Origin: Dendrobates tinctorius
Taxonomy: Eukaryota
NCBI RefSeq assembly: GCF_039654945.1
Contig: NW_027361696.1
Location: 67,580,001-67,644,000, forward strand
Length of the DNA stretch: 64,000 nt
Direction: 5' to 3'
Every line of letters begins with the position of its first letter. Within the stretch, counting starts at the first letter, position 1. Below are positions 36,301 through 49,042 of the stretch, piece by piece. A model generated the notes under the pieces. The model was given only the letters and a program-made list of their open reading frames with translations. It was not told where the DNA came from and did not search any database. The position numbers were made by a program, and so were the translations under genes.

Positions 36301-37205
36301 GGTCTCACGGACTCTGTACCAGCTGTGGTGCTCTTCCTGTGGATCAGTGGTCCACTCTCCATCATTCTGGATTTCCTTTCTTTCGGCCGCCTCAGATTTT
36401 TCTTTGTGGCGCTCTCTCATCAGGCTACCTGGCCACAACAAACGGTACTTATCAAGCTCAGGCTTGAAGTATAGAGGTCCTCTGGTCTCCAGGTCAGCGT
36501 TGGATCTCGGAATCTTCTGGTCGACATTAGTAGGGTTGCTGGCTCAGGAAGGACTGTGTTCTTTTCAGTACGATGCACCCTGCCCAGGCAGTGGGTGTCC
36601 TCCCAGCGGTACTCTTTGGGCCTTTGTCTGGCATCTCTGCAGTGCGGTGCTATGTCCTCCACAGGTCCATAAGGTTTTTCACAACCCATGCCTAGCTTCG
36701 GCAAGTGCCGGTCGGGGTAAAGAAGACCTCGCAGGTGACCTTGCAGGTGACGAGGGTGACTCCCTCGTCCTGATCGAGTTATTTGCTGTTCCCTCCCCTT
36801 GAGGACTGCTTTGGGACGTCCCATGGTTTCTGTGTCCCCCAATAAGGCGATAGAGAAAACAGGATTTTTAGTTGCTTACCGTAAAATCTGTTTCTCTGAG
36901 CCTTCATTGGGGGACACAGCACCCTCCCAAGTTGAACAGCTCGGTTTACTGTATGATATTGTTACAGTATGGATTTCTGTTTTCTGTGGTTTTTATCTCA
37001 TTTACAGATTGCTTCTCCTACTGCTTTCTCACTAACTGATCATCCTACTTCCTGTCGGTGGGGTGTACACTGCGGAGGAGGAGCTAACTTTTTTCTGCAT
37101 AGTGTCAGCCTCCTAGCAGCAGCAGCATACACCCATGGTTTCTGTGTCCCCCAATGAAGGCTCAGAGAAACAGATTTTACGGTAAGCAACTAAAAATCCT
37201 GTTTT
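33303..37205 (+). mobile_element. Non-autonomous DIRS-type element
   Basis: Left ITR 33303-33440; inverted right ITR about 37032-37155 plus extension; ICR 36820-36919 complementary to both ends; no recognisable intact ORF. Confidence 0.88.
33448..33818. mobile_element. PIF/Harbinger MITE nested in the DIRS derivative
   Basis: TIR GGCCTCTTTCACACTT / AAGTGTGAAAGAGGCC; TTA TSD. Confidence 0.9.
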
Positions 37206-38189
37206 TTTTCTTTTTTGAAAACGCGATACACATGACAACTTTGCCAATTTTGAAAAACTGTGGCAGAAATTTAAGAAAAAAAAAGCATCAGGGACATGTG
37301 AACATGACTTTAAAATGACTGAGACCAAGGGACAAACGATAGTAAATTCTCATCAATAAAAGCTACAGAGGTAGATAACTTGAGATTACCGGATATTTCG
37401 TCCAGGCCTGGCGCCGGCAGTAACGTTTCAGGCTCCAGGTCATGGCGGACGAGAGATGTGCTGTTTATGACTTCATGTAATAAGCTTTTATCTTAAGGAA
37501 CTTTATTTCCACTCAATAAACGTAACGTTGAAGACGTCCGTGCTCTTAGCATATGAGTGATTTATATGTCCTTACTGGTGATGAGCAAACGGGCTTGGAT
37601 AAGGCGTAATCCGAGCATGCTCATATGCTACCACGTGTCTTCGGCGTGCTCAAGAAATATGTTCAGCTGTATGTCTCATGGATGTTTGACAGTCACAACA
37701 CATGCAGGGATTGCCTGTTAGGGATTCCTTAATCGCATCCATTAACCCCTTCACCCCCAAGGGTGGTTTGCACGTTCATGACTGGGCCAATTTTTACAAT
37801 TCTGACCACTGTCCCTTTATGAGGTAATAGCTCTGAAACGCTTCCATGGATCCCGGTGATTCTGACATTGTTTTCTCGTGACATATTGTACTTCATGTTA
37901 GCGGTAACATTTCATTCATATAACTTACGTTTATTTGTGAAAAAAACGGAAATTTGGCGAAAATTTTGAAAATTTCGCAATTTTCCAACTTTGAATTTTT
38001 ATGCCCTTAAATCACAGAGATACGGCACACAAAAAACTTAAGTAACATTTCCCACATGTTTACTTTACATCAGCACAATTTTGGAACCCCCTTTTTTTTT
38101 TTGTTAGGAAGTTATAAGGGTTAAAAGTTGACCAACGATTTCTCATTTTTACAACACCATTTTAATTTTACGGACCACATCACATTTGA

Positions 38190-39690
38190 AGTCACTTTGA
38201 GGGGTCTATATGATAGAAAATACCCAAAAGTGACACCATTCTAAAAACTGCGCCCCTCAAGGTGCTCAAAACCACATTCAAGAAGTTTATTAACCCTTCA
38301 GGTGCTTCACAGTTAAAGTTAAATGTTCATTTTTTTTTTTTTTCACAAAAATAATTCAGGTTAAATTTTTTTTATTTTACCAACGGTAAAAGGAGAAATT
38401 GGACTGGAAAAGTTATTGTGCAATTTGTCCTGAGTACAATGATACCTGATATGTGGGGGGGAACCACTGTTTTGGCGCATGGCAGAGCTCAGAAGGCAAG
38501 GAGCGCCGTTTGACTTTTTCAATGCAAAATTGGCTGGAATGCTGATCGGACGCCATGTCACATTTGGAGAGCCCCTGATGTACCTAAACAGTGGAAACCC
38601 CCCACAAGTGACCCCATTTTGGAAACTAGACCCCCCAAGGAACTTATCTAGATATGTGGTGAGAACTTTCAACCCACAAAGGCTTCACAGAAGTTTATAA
38701 CGTACAGCGGTACAATTAAAAAATCATATTTTTTCCACAAAAATGATCTTTTCACCCCCAATTTTTATTTTCCATAGGGTAACAGGACCCTAAAAGTTAT
38801 TGTGCAATTTGTCCTGAGTACGCTGATACCCCACATGTGGGGGTAAACGACTATTTGTGCGCATGGCAGAGCTCAGAAGGGAAGCAGCGCCATTTGACTT
38901 TTTTGGCTGGAATTGAGATCGGACACCATGTCGCGTTTGGAAAGCCCCTGATGTACCAAAAAAGTGGAATCCACCCACAAGTGACCCCATTTTGGAAACT
39001 AGACCCCCCAAGGAACTTATGTAGATGCGTGGTGAGCACTTTGAACCCCCCAGTGCTTCACAGAAGTTTATAACGCCCGGGCGTGAAAATAAAAAAATCG
39101 TATTTTTTCCACAAACATGATCATTTAGTCCCCATTTTTTTTTATTTTCCAAGGGTACCAGGAGAAAATGGACCCCAAATGTTGTTGTCCAATTTGTCCT
39201 GAGTACCCTGATACCCCATATGTGGGAGAAAACTACTGTATGGGCCCATGTCGGGGCTCGGAAGGGAAGTAGTGACGTTTTGGAATGCAGACTTTGATGG
39301 AATGGTCTCCCCACAAGTGACCCCATTTTGGAAACTAGACCCCCCCATGGAACTTATCTAGATGTGTGGTGAGCACTTTGAACCCCCAAGGGCTTCACAG
39401 AAGTTTATAACGCCCGGGCGTGAAAATAAAAAAATCATATTTTTGCCCCCAATTTTTTATTTTCCTAAGGGTAACAGGAGAAATTGGACCCCAAAAGTTG
39501 TTTTGCAATTTGTCCTGAGTAGGCTGATACCCCATATGTGGGGGTAAAACGCTGTTTGGGCGCGTGGCAGAGCTTGGAAGGGAAGGAGCACCATTTGACT
39601 TTTTCAACACAAAATTGGCTGGAATTGAGATCAGACGCCATGTTGTGTTTGTAGAGCACTTGATGTGCCCAAACAGTGGAAACCCCCCCA
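38190..39690. repeat. Internal tandem repeats of about 340-380 bp (about 4 copies)
   Basis: CCCACAAGTGACCCCATTTTGGAAACTAGACCCCCCA recurs near 38600, 38975 and 39310. Confidence 0.85.
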
Positions 39691-40499
39691 CCCTAACCCC
39701 AACACAGCCCTAACCCTAGCCCTAATGGGAAAATGGAAATAAATACATTTTTCTTTTTATTTTATTATTTTTCCCTAACTAAGGGGGTGGTAATGGGGGG
39801 TTTAACTTACTATTTATAGCGGGTTTTTATGTTTGGCGGCTGTCGCACGCTAAAAGACGCTTTTTATTGTAAAAATAGTTTTTGCATCACCACATTTTGA
39901 GAGCTATAATTTTTCCATATTTTGACCCACCGAGTCATGTGAGGTCTTATTTTTTGCGGGATGAGCTGACGTTTTTATTGATACTATTTACGGGCACGTG
40001 ACATTTTTTGATCGCTTTTAATTTGATTTTTGGGACGCAGAATGAACAAAAACCAGCATTTCATGAATTTCTTTTGGGGGGTGCGTCTACACCGTTCCGC
40101 GTGCGGTAAAATTGATAAAGTGGTTTTATTCTTCAGGTCAGTACGATTACAGCGGTACCTCATTTTGTCATTTTTTTTGTGTTTTGGCGCTTTTATGCAA
40201 CAAAAACAATTTTAGTTTCAACAGTTTTATTGAAATGAAAGCATCATTTAACATGAGATACATTCATATTAAAGTACAAGGATCCCATCGCAGGGGGAAA
40301 TACATAGAACAAAAAGGCACTTAAAGTCATACGGTATCCTTGACTACAAAATCTTTGCTTATAGCATATGTGTAGAAAAATAATTATAACACAACTAAGT
40401 TAGACTTAATGGGATGGGGAGGGAAAGTTGGGGGTTCAAAGTGAGTGTCGATAATGCGAGATACACAAACGTGGGGCGCCAGTGTACCTGTTTCAGAGT

Positions 40500-43400
40500 C
40501 TAATTGTAAGGAGCTACTACCATGCCAATATATAAAGATATCATTTTGGAAATATCATAGTCTTTATGTGCCTGAATCCAAGGGTCCCAGATACCTCGAA
40601 AGTTATCGAAAGAATCAGATCTGATGGCTTCTATTTTCTCGTATAACATCAAATTGACCCTATTCTTCACCTGTGTTAAAGAGAGTGCACTGGTTTTCCA
40701 TCTGCTAGCTATGTGGTTTCTTGTCGCCATAGCAATAAAATCAACGAGACGGCAAGTTTTATTGTTGGCATTGGTTGGTCTGTCCCCCAGCAGAACTGAC
40801 GGTGACAGAGGTAGTTTCCTACCCAAGATATTATCAATTAATTTTACTACATTTTTCCACAGTGACTTTACTATCGGACATGTCCACCAAATATGGAGAG
40901 TATCTCCATCGTCAGTGCACCCTCTAAAACAATTGCCAGGGACTGAATGGTAAATATTATGCAGGAAGCTAGGTACATAGTGTATTCTAAAGAATAATTT
41001 AAGAGATGTCTCAGTAAGTGAAACTTGAATACTCCCCCCTCATTATATTTTCATAACACCTGAACCACCTTTGAGGTGTGAGGGAGATTCGTAGGTCTGC
41101 CTCCCATTGTTCCATGGTCTTTAATTTCGAGCCATCTCTGGGTTTGTTAAATATACAATAAAGATGAGATATGAGACATTGCCCAATGGGTCATATAGAC
41201 ATTTTAATTCGTACGTTGTAGGTTGTACGTTTGAAGAACCAACCGTTAGGCTTTGCAGAAAATGAAAAATTTGTTCAAGTCGGAATGTCTCAGACCTCGG
41301 GACTTGATATTTTGCTATGAACTCTTGTTTTGACATTAGCTTAAAGCGGGTAGTTAGATTTTGTAGCCTAGTTAGCTTATTCTGCTGCCACCATACGTGG
41401 TTTCGAGATGTAACTCCTGGCAGGAACATGGGATTATTAAACAGGTTCAGGAGAGGGATGAGACTGCAGTGCAAATTGGAATCTATTTGTGATTTGTACA
41501 GGGCTGTGGAGTCGGTAAGCCAAACCTGCGACTCCGACTCCTCAATTTCCCTTACACCGACTCCGACTCCACGACTCCGACTCCCACACATATTGCTTAT
41601 ATTTAAGTGAAAAATTTATTGTAGTACAATGTGAACCTCAGACATTTAATCATTTCTATGATCCAATAATCAAGATATTTAGATAGAACAGAATATATAT
41701 TGGTGTACTACCCGGTTTTCATTCTTTTTGGTACAGATACGATATGGATAGACAGATATGGATAAATGGATAGATAGAGCAGATTTCTAATCTGCTTTTG
41801 CTATTGAAAACATTATCTATGAGCTCAAAAACCTTTCAGGTGATGCGGTTTTTTAAAAAGATGATCAGCTTTTGCAGCTGAAAAACGTATCCTCAAAAAA
41901 CACAGGAAAAACGCTGTGTGTGAATGTAGCCTTAGATCAGGAATAGAACAGCCATTTATAGGACATTTCATAACTTTCCCAAACTCCTATGAAAAAATAT
42001 TCAGCACATCCTGCATTGAATTACTGTACCCAATTTATTATATATTTTAGGAGTCGGAGTCGGTCCATTTTATACCGACTCCAACTCCGACTCCGACTCC
42101 ACCAAAATGAGCACCGACTCCACGACTCCGACTCCACAGCCCTGGATTTGTAGGGAGTGAAAGGTATACGGAGAATGTAGAGCCAGATCTTTCGGTAAAG
42201 GCTCCGTGGCCCAAATTAGACTCTCCAAGGAGTAAGGTGCTGTTTGGGAGTTTTCTATTTGTGGCCATATGGGTGTGTGTTCCTCATTTACCCCTGCCAG
42301 CTGGGCGATCTGAGCTGCCTTATAATAGAGAGTAAAGTTTGGTAGCGAAACTCCTCCCTGTCTTTTGTGTCTAAACAGGATTTGCTGGGAGATGCGGGGC
42401 TTTTTATTATTCCAGATAAAACGTACCACGTGCGAATGTATCAATTTGAATGTCATCAGAGGTATTGAAATAGGCAAGGATCGGAAAAGATACAGAAATT
42501 GAGGTAAAGTAACCATTTTAATCAAGTTCACCCTTCCCAAAAGGGAAAGAGATGGGGAGGACCATTTTGACAAAGATTGCGTTAGTTTTCGGAGGAGGGG
42601 AGCATAATTATATTTAAATAGCGTGGATTTAGATAATGTAAGGTTAATTCCTAGGTATGTAATATAATGTTTTGCATGTCGGAAACGAAAGTTCTCTACT
42701 ATTGAGCTTTGTTCAGCAGGAGGGGTGTTCAGAAACATAATCTCTGATTTATCGATATTGACCTTTAAGCCTGAGATTTCCTCAAAGGATTTAAGTGTAT
42801 TTAAAAGATTAGGTAGGGATATATGGGGGTTTGTCAAAGTGAAAAGAAGGTCGTCGGCAAACAGACTGACCTTGTATTCATGTCTACCTATTGTTTGGCC
42901 TGTGATATCGGGGTGCAGATGGATCTTCTGCGCCAGTGGTTCCATCACCAAAACGAATGGGGTCGGAGATAGAGGGTACCCTTGCCTGGTTCCTCTGCTG
43001 ATAACTATTGGCTCTGGAGTGGTCGAAGGTAATTTTAAATAAGCAACCGGGGTATAATATAGAAGTTTAAGTGAATCGATTAATTGTGAAATCCCCATTT
43101 TACGCAAGATATTAAACATGTATGTCCAAGTGATGGTATCGAAAGCTTTTTCTATATCTAAAGCTAGCAAAGTTAAGGGGTTTTTACGTTTGTTGGCATT
43201 ATGTATGAGGTTTAGGTTTTTACGGATATTATCCGGGGCTTGTCTAGTTGGGATGAATCCAACCTGATCTTTATGGATAAGACCAGGCAGACATTTATTA
43301 ATTCTATCGGCTATTATGGAGGAGAAAATCTTGAGGTCCACGTTCAAAAGGGATATTGGCCTGTAGTTTTTTGTGCGCAATGGGTCTCTCCCTTGTTTTG

Positions 43401-44937
43401 GGATGACAGTGATATGTGCCGTATAGAATTCCAGCGGCATTGTTTGGCCAGTTAGCATATTATTGCAGTATGTTTGTATATGCTTTAATAAAATATTTGA
43501 AAACTTTTTATAGTATAATGCGGTCAGCCCGTCCTTCCCAGCTTTTAGATGATTTATAGTAGATGTGATTTCCTCTCCAGTGATAGGAGAATGCAAGGTA
43601 GCAGCGTAAGCTGGAGTTAGGGAAGGTAGTGGTATATTAGTTAGGAAGTCATCCAATTTGGGCAATGAAAAATTCGTACTATCAGTGTATAGTTTTTGAT
43701 AATAAGTTTGAAATATTTTGTAGGTTTTGTTCGGGTTAAAAGTAGTTTGGGATTGTTCGTCTTTTATGGAGAAGATAGAGTTTAATCGCTCTTTCTGTTC
43801 TAATTTTCAGGCAAGCATTCGGTCCATTTTATGAGAGAACCGATAGAATGTGGCTTGCATCCACCTGATTGCTAACAACTCGTACGCAAAGAGCAAAGTA
43901 TTTAGTTGTAGTTTTAAGTCATAGATTTGTTTAGTTAAGTATAGAGAGGGGTGTGACTGATTGGCGGTTTCTAATTTATAAAGTTCATTCTCGAGAGTCA
44001 ATTGCTCCTTAAGACGATTCCTCTTTTTTTTGGGATGCTATCCTAATGAGTACACCGGTGATATATTTTTTTATGGGCCATCCATATATTACCCATAGAG
44101 GTGTCCGGGGTGATATTAGAGTGGTGGAAGAAGGCCTTGAGCTCTTGTTCGACCATTATTCGCATTTGAGGGTCAGAAAGCAAGGATTCATTCAGTCTCT
44201 ACGTATACAGGCGTGCAGTCTTCATGCCTAATTTAAACACAGAGTGCGCTATCATGGTCGGACCAAGAGGAGGGGACATATCTGGAATACATCAATGATG
44301 GTATGTTTTCCGAATTAGTTAGAATCCAGTCAATCCTGGAGTATGAATGGAAAGCTCTAGAAAAATAGGTATAGCCTCTGGACTGTCCATGAGACTCCAT
44401 GTATACACCAGATGATGAGCTTGCAAGATACCATCAAAGATAGTGTTTTTTTCCCTCCTTGTCATGTCAGGCCTCCCCTTATTAGATCTATCAAGGGTTG
44501 GGTTTACAGTCAGGTTAAAATCGCCCCCCCCATATAATAGTATAATAGGGTATAGACCTTAGGGATCTTGCAATAGATTTAATTGTTTTCATTTGAAGTG
44601 TCGGGGGTGCATAGCAGTTAACAAGACAGAATCAGTTCTCCTGGATCGTGCCCCAAAGGATTATATATCTACCTTCTGTGTCCGCAACCAAACCCTCCTG
44701 CACAAATGGAAAAGAATTATGCAGCAATATGACGACACCTCTCATTTTTTTATCATGAGTAGCAAGAAGAAATCTCGAGTAGAGCTTATGGAAAAATTTG
44801 GGAGATGAGTTATTAGAGAAATGAGTTTCCTGTAGGAATAGCACATCAAGGGAATGTTTCTGGTAATCAATAAAGGCACGTTTTCTTTTTATCGGGGAAT
44901 TGAATCCCCTAACATTGTGTGATACTACCTTATACAT
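40500..44937 (-). pseudogene. L1 ORF2 (endonuclease/reverse transcriptase), broken
   Basis: SHNVRGFN, FLQETH, YRPISLLNVD, LDIEKAFD, RGTRQG, FADD, YLGI, CFRGC..HIWWTC. Confidence 0.9.
41499..42144. mobile_element. hAT-type MITE inside L1 ORF2
   Basis: TIR CAGGGCTGTGGAGTCGG; 8-bp TSD GATTTGTA (41491-41498, 42145-42152); (GACTCC)n subterminal repeats. Confidence 0.92.
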
Positions 44938-45263
44938 TAAGTATGCATAAAGAGACTCTAATGAAATTTTTAATTAAACTACGGCCTGGAGCAGGCATTT
45001 TCACCTTAGTCACATATCCAAAAATATTTTTACATCTCATCGACACTCTTGTAGGGAAAAGAGGGAAGGGAAGGTAAAAAAAATACAACAAGAAAAATGG
45101 TCGCAACCAATGATCAATTTGTGGGCTATAATGTGCTGGTCCACTATCTGTAGGACCAGAGGCAGTAATAGCCCAAAATGGAGTGGCATACTTACTCCAC
45201 TAGTAGAAAAAGAAAACAATAGTATTCATAAATTGTCATTAAAAACATCAAATAGCAACACTA

Positions 45264-46217
45264 TCAGAACGATAACTCAGCATTTTGGTCGTTCTTTGAG
45301 AATATTCCAGCACATTCGTCGATAGTCGACTCAAGAAATGGGCTATTTGTTGTGCTGTGATTTATTGAGTCTGGTATGGCAAACTTCCATCCACTCTCTG
45401 TGTGGTCTCTGTCTCTGAAATCAGAAATCGGGATGCCTGCTTTCTCCAGTGCTTTTCTCCCTTCCTCGAGATTTCTTGGAGAATAGGTGGTGTTGCCATA
45501 GGAGAAAATTAAAGCATGTGGGAATCCCCACCTGTACTTAATCTTTGCTTTTATTAAGGCCAGAGTTATGTCTTTCACGGCTTTTCTCCTTATCAAGGTT
45601 GCCGGGCAGATGTCAGGGAACAGAGATACAGTATCTGGGACACCTGGTAAATTGTACAGTTTTCGAGCAGTGGATAGAATCAGGTCTCTCGATTCCTCAT
45701 GATGCATTTTAAGGTCAATGTCCCTAGGTGAGGCATCAGATTTGGGACCTCCCAAAGCCCTGTGACTTCTGGTTATTTTTAAAGAATTAGGATCTGCTTG
45801 GGGCAGGAGGGTACAGAAGAGGTTTGAGGCAACCTCCATTAAATTGGAGGTACTTTCTGGTAGTCCTTTAATTCTGATATTACCTCGGTGAGATCGATTT
45901 TCCAAGTCTTCAACACTTTAGCTCTAGGAACTCGAGTCTAGCATCTTGTTCCTGTAGTTGCTCTCTATTATGTTAAGTGGCATCTGCTGTGTCATCCATT
46001 CTTCTTTCCAAATCGTTGGTTCTTTGAGCAATATCCTGGACTGCTGTGTGAAGTTGCTTACAGCAGAGGATAATTCGGCTCTGAACGTTTTCTGAATGGT
46101 AGCCAGGAGCTCCTCCATTGTCATTGGAATCATGTTTGTTGGAGTAGTCAAGTTAGTTTGCTGTGACCTCTGGGGGGAGCTCCCGGTGTTCAGTGAGGTT
46201 GATTGCGACGCTGACAT
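45264..46217 (-). pseudogene. L1 ORF1, broken
   Basis: ENRSHRGNIRIKGLPE, SHRALG, FPD, YRWGFP. Confidence 0.85.
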
Positions 46218-46377
46218 AGTGTGACTACCTCATTTTGTACGTTGAGTCATCAGTTGTGTGATCGGACGGGTATTGTTTTCTGACGAAACAGACTTTTTGG
46301 GACGCATTGCTCAGAGACCTCCTGCGTTCTGAAAGTTATCGCATGCCAATTACTCATATAGGTGGGTGCATATTTGT

Positions 46378-47180
46378 CCAAAACAAGGAGAATGAGGGTT
46401 ATAACACGGAGGACCGTGAAACCAAATACAACCAACAAAAAGAAAGGTCATCCAATGAGGTACAAAGATATTTTTATTCAATACATTAGATGATAAAAAT
46501 TGACACGGCAACCATATAGAAATAGGATAGCAAAAAAAAACACACAATACATAAAAAAATCAATTATGGCACATGAAGTAGCAGATGATAGAAAATTAAG
46601 ACTGTGCAAAAAGTACATAAAGTGCCTGATATCATGAGAATGTATCATATAATATGTCTCCTATAGCCAAAGAAACAATGTAGTCAAAAAAATGCATCAC
46701 AAAATATGTGCAAAAATGCATAAAGCGCTTAGTGCAAAAAATATGTAGATATATCTCATATTGCAACAGACACTGTACTCATACACAGTAATACATAACA
46801 GTTTTTTATATATAGAAAAATACAGCAATTAATCCATCATGAAAATTCTTGAACATAGTGATACATAGCATACTGGCAGTGTTGGTTTTCCTATAACTGA
46901 TCTCCTTAGAAAGGAAAAAAAAAAAAACCTTTAAATGAAGGGCAATGATGTGAATAAATTGAAAAGACCAGATATGGAAAAAAAAATGTCTCCATGGCTT
47001 TAAATGACAAGCTATTAAAGAGATTATATTTACCAAAGTGGTGTGTCACCCAGGGTCCCCGTGTTTTATTTGCTATCCTATTTCTATATGGTTGCCGTGT
47101 CAATTTTTATCATCTAATGTATTGAATAAAAATATATCTTTGTACCTCATTGGAGGACCTTTCTTTTTGTTGGTTGTATT
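46378..47180. mobile_element. AT-rich insertion with inverted arms and 15-bp TSD (Penelope-like architecture)
   Basis: TGGGTGCATATTTGT at 46363-46377 and 47181-47195; inverted arms of about 122 bp at 46422-46543 / 47061-47183. Confidence 0.6.
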
Positions 47181-48858
47181 TGGGTGCATATTTGTGCCCG
47201 TGGTGACAGATCTAGTGTTCCATAATCATAGTCCACCAGGATCGTCCATGCCCTCCGTGTTGGATTTTAGCAAGATATGGGGTAAATTTTATGGAACAGA
47301 GTATGCCTCTGGTGCAGTTCTGCTGCAATACCCCTTTAATACCACAAGAACGGGGGCACATGAGCCTATAAGTCAGAGCAACATCCCAAAACGGGAAAGG
47401 GAAAAAAAAAAAAAAACCCTCTCCCTTCTTTTTAAGTATGGGCAATTGTGTCAAATGGCCAGCAGAGGGAGTCCACATCTTTATACATAAAATAAGGTAT
47501 CCATGGAGATTGTATTAACTCTTACAGTCTCTTTGTAGCTTCTCCTTTAGCTGGGGACAAGATATAACACACAGCCCTCTAACAGTCAGGGCTGGGAGAC
47601 AGCAAGGCTCCTGCAATCCCCTCAGGTGCTCTGCTGAGCAGGGAGGATCCTACAAGTGGCCAACACCTGGCTCCTGCTGTCCTCCCGCAATCCAGGATGG
47701 TCCCGGGCGTCCCCACAGCTCCAGCAAGTCACCCACCTCCAGGACACAGCACGCAGTCAACCTCCTCCTTGCCACACTCCTGGCGTCACCGCCGGATCAG
47801 TCACCGCTCACATCGCCCGCCCACTCCAGGCCGCGGCTCCGCCGGATGTATAGGACGCAGCAAACCCCGCGGTCTCTCTGTGCGCCCGATGTCCAGGAGA
47901 GAGCTCCCTCCACGCCACTGCCAGATGACAGCAAGGGGTAAGTATCCGGTTTTCTCCCACCATCGGTTCCCGGTCATAGGAAGGAGGCCTCCGGACCCGC
48001 CACCCCCGCGATGTGACCCAGGTAGGCCCCTGGCCCGTAGCTAGGCCGCGAGTGTCCTCACCCTAAGGCACCGGGTGGGCTCAGGGTTAATGGGGATCGT
48101 CCTCCAGGACCTTTCCAATATACCCCAGCCTCCAGTAAGAGCAGATGGGCTATAGGGAGCCCAGATTCAGGCAGATTATTATTTTCCTGAGAGGACCTCA
48201 GGCCGGCTCGTTTTTTTGCAGGACAAGATGACGTTTTCAGCGGTACCATTGTTATTTATATCCGTCTTTTTGACCGCGCGTTATTGCACTTTTTGTTCGG
48301 TGGTATGATAATAAAGCATTTTTTGCTTTGTTTTTATTTTTTTATGGTGTTTGCTAAAGGGGTTAACTAATGGGACAGTTTTATAGGGCGGGTCGTTACA
48401 GACGCGGTGATACTAAATGTGTATTTTTTTTTATTTCCAAAAAATGAATTAGGAATATTTTGTTTAATTTATTTAGTGAATTTTTTATAAATTTACACTT
48501 TTTTTTTTAACTTTATTACATTAGCCCAGAGGGGGACATCACTGTAATGTCAGATCGCTGATCTGATAGTTTGCACAGCACTGTCAGATCAGCGATCTGA
48601 CAAGTGCTGCACAAGGCTTCCTCATGCCTGTGCTCTGCAGGCACTGAGGAAGCCGCCTCCCATATGGGATCTAGGGACCTGCAGGAAAGGAGGCCCCCAG
48701 AGCAGCACAGCACATTGCACTGCACTGGGGGTCTCAGGGAAGCACGGAGGGAGCCCCCTCCCTGCCGATGCTTCCCTAAACCCCCGGTACACTGCGATCG
48801 TGTTTGATTGCAGTGTGCCAGGGGTGGTCTGTGACTGCCCCTGACACATAGTGCCGGG

Positions 48859-49042
48859 TAGAGTGATCAATGAGTGCAACAGGCTGCCACGAGAAGTGGT
48901 GAGTTCTCCTTCAATGGAAGTCTTCAAACAGAGGCTGGACAGACATCTGACTGGGATGATTTAGCGAATCCTGCTTTGAGCAGGGGGTTGGACCAGATGG
49001 CCCAGGAGGTCCCTTCCAACTCTACGATTCTATGATTCTATG
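48859..49042 (+). mobile_element. CR1 LINE 3' fragment
   Basis: ..FKQRLDRHL.. end, GGTCCCTTCCAAC and (ATTCTATG)n tail. Confidence 0.88.

Larger units (their letters stand above)
40213..48210 (-). mobile_element. L1-clade LINE, near full length, inactivated (ends approximate)
   Basis: GC-rich 5' UTR, ORF1, ORF2 (APE-RT-CCHC), 3' UTR with AATAAA near 40226-40231. Confidence 0.88.

Noticed and set aside
42070-43665. 531-aa ORF as an active or domesticated RT gene
   Set aside because: Fragment of a broken L1 ORF2 that reads into a hAT MITE; upstream stops and frameshifts
46220-46253. Minus-strand CTGATGA followed by a short stem (possible hammerhead)
   Set aside because: No GAAA after the stem; lies at the L1 ORF1 5' region
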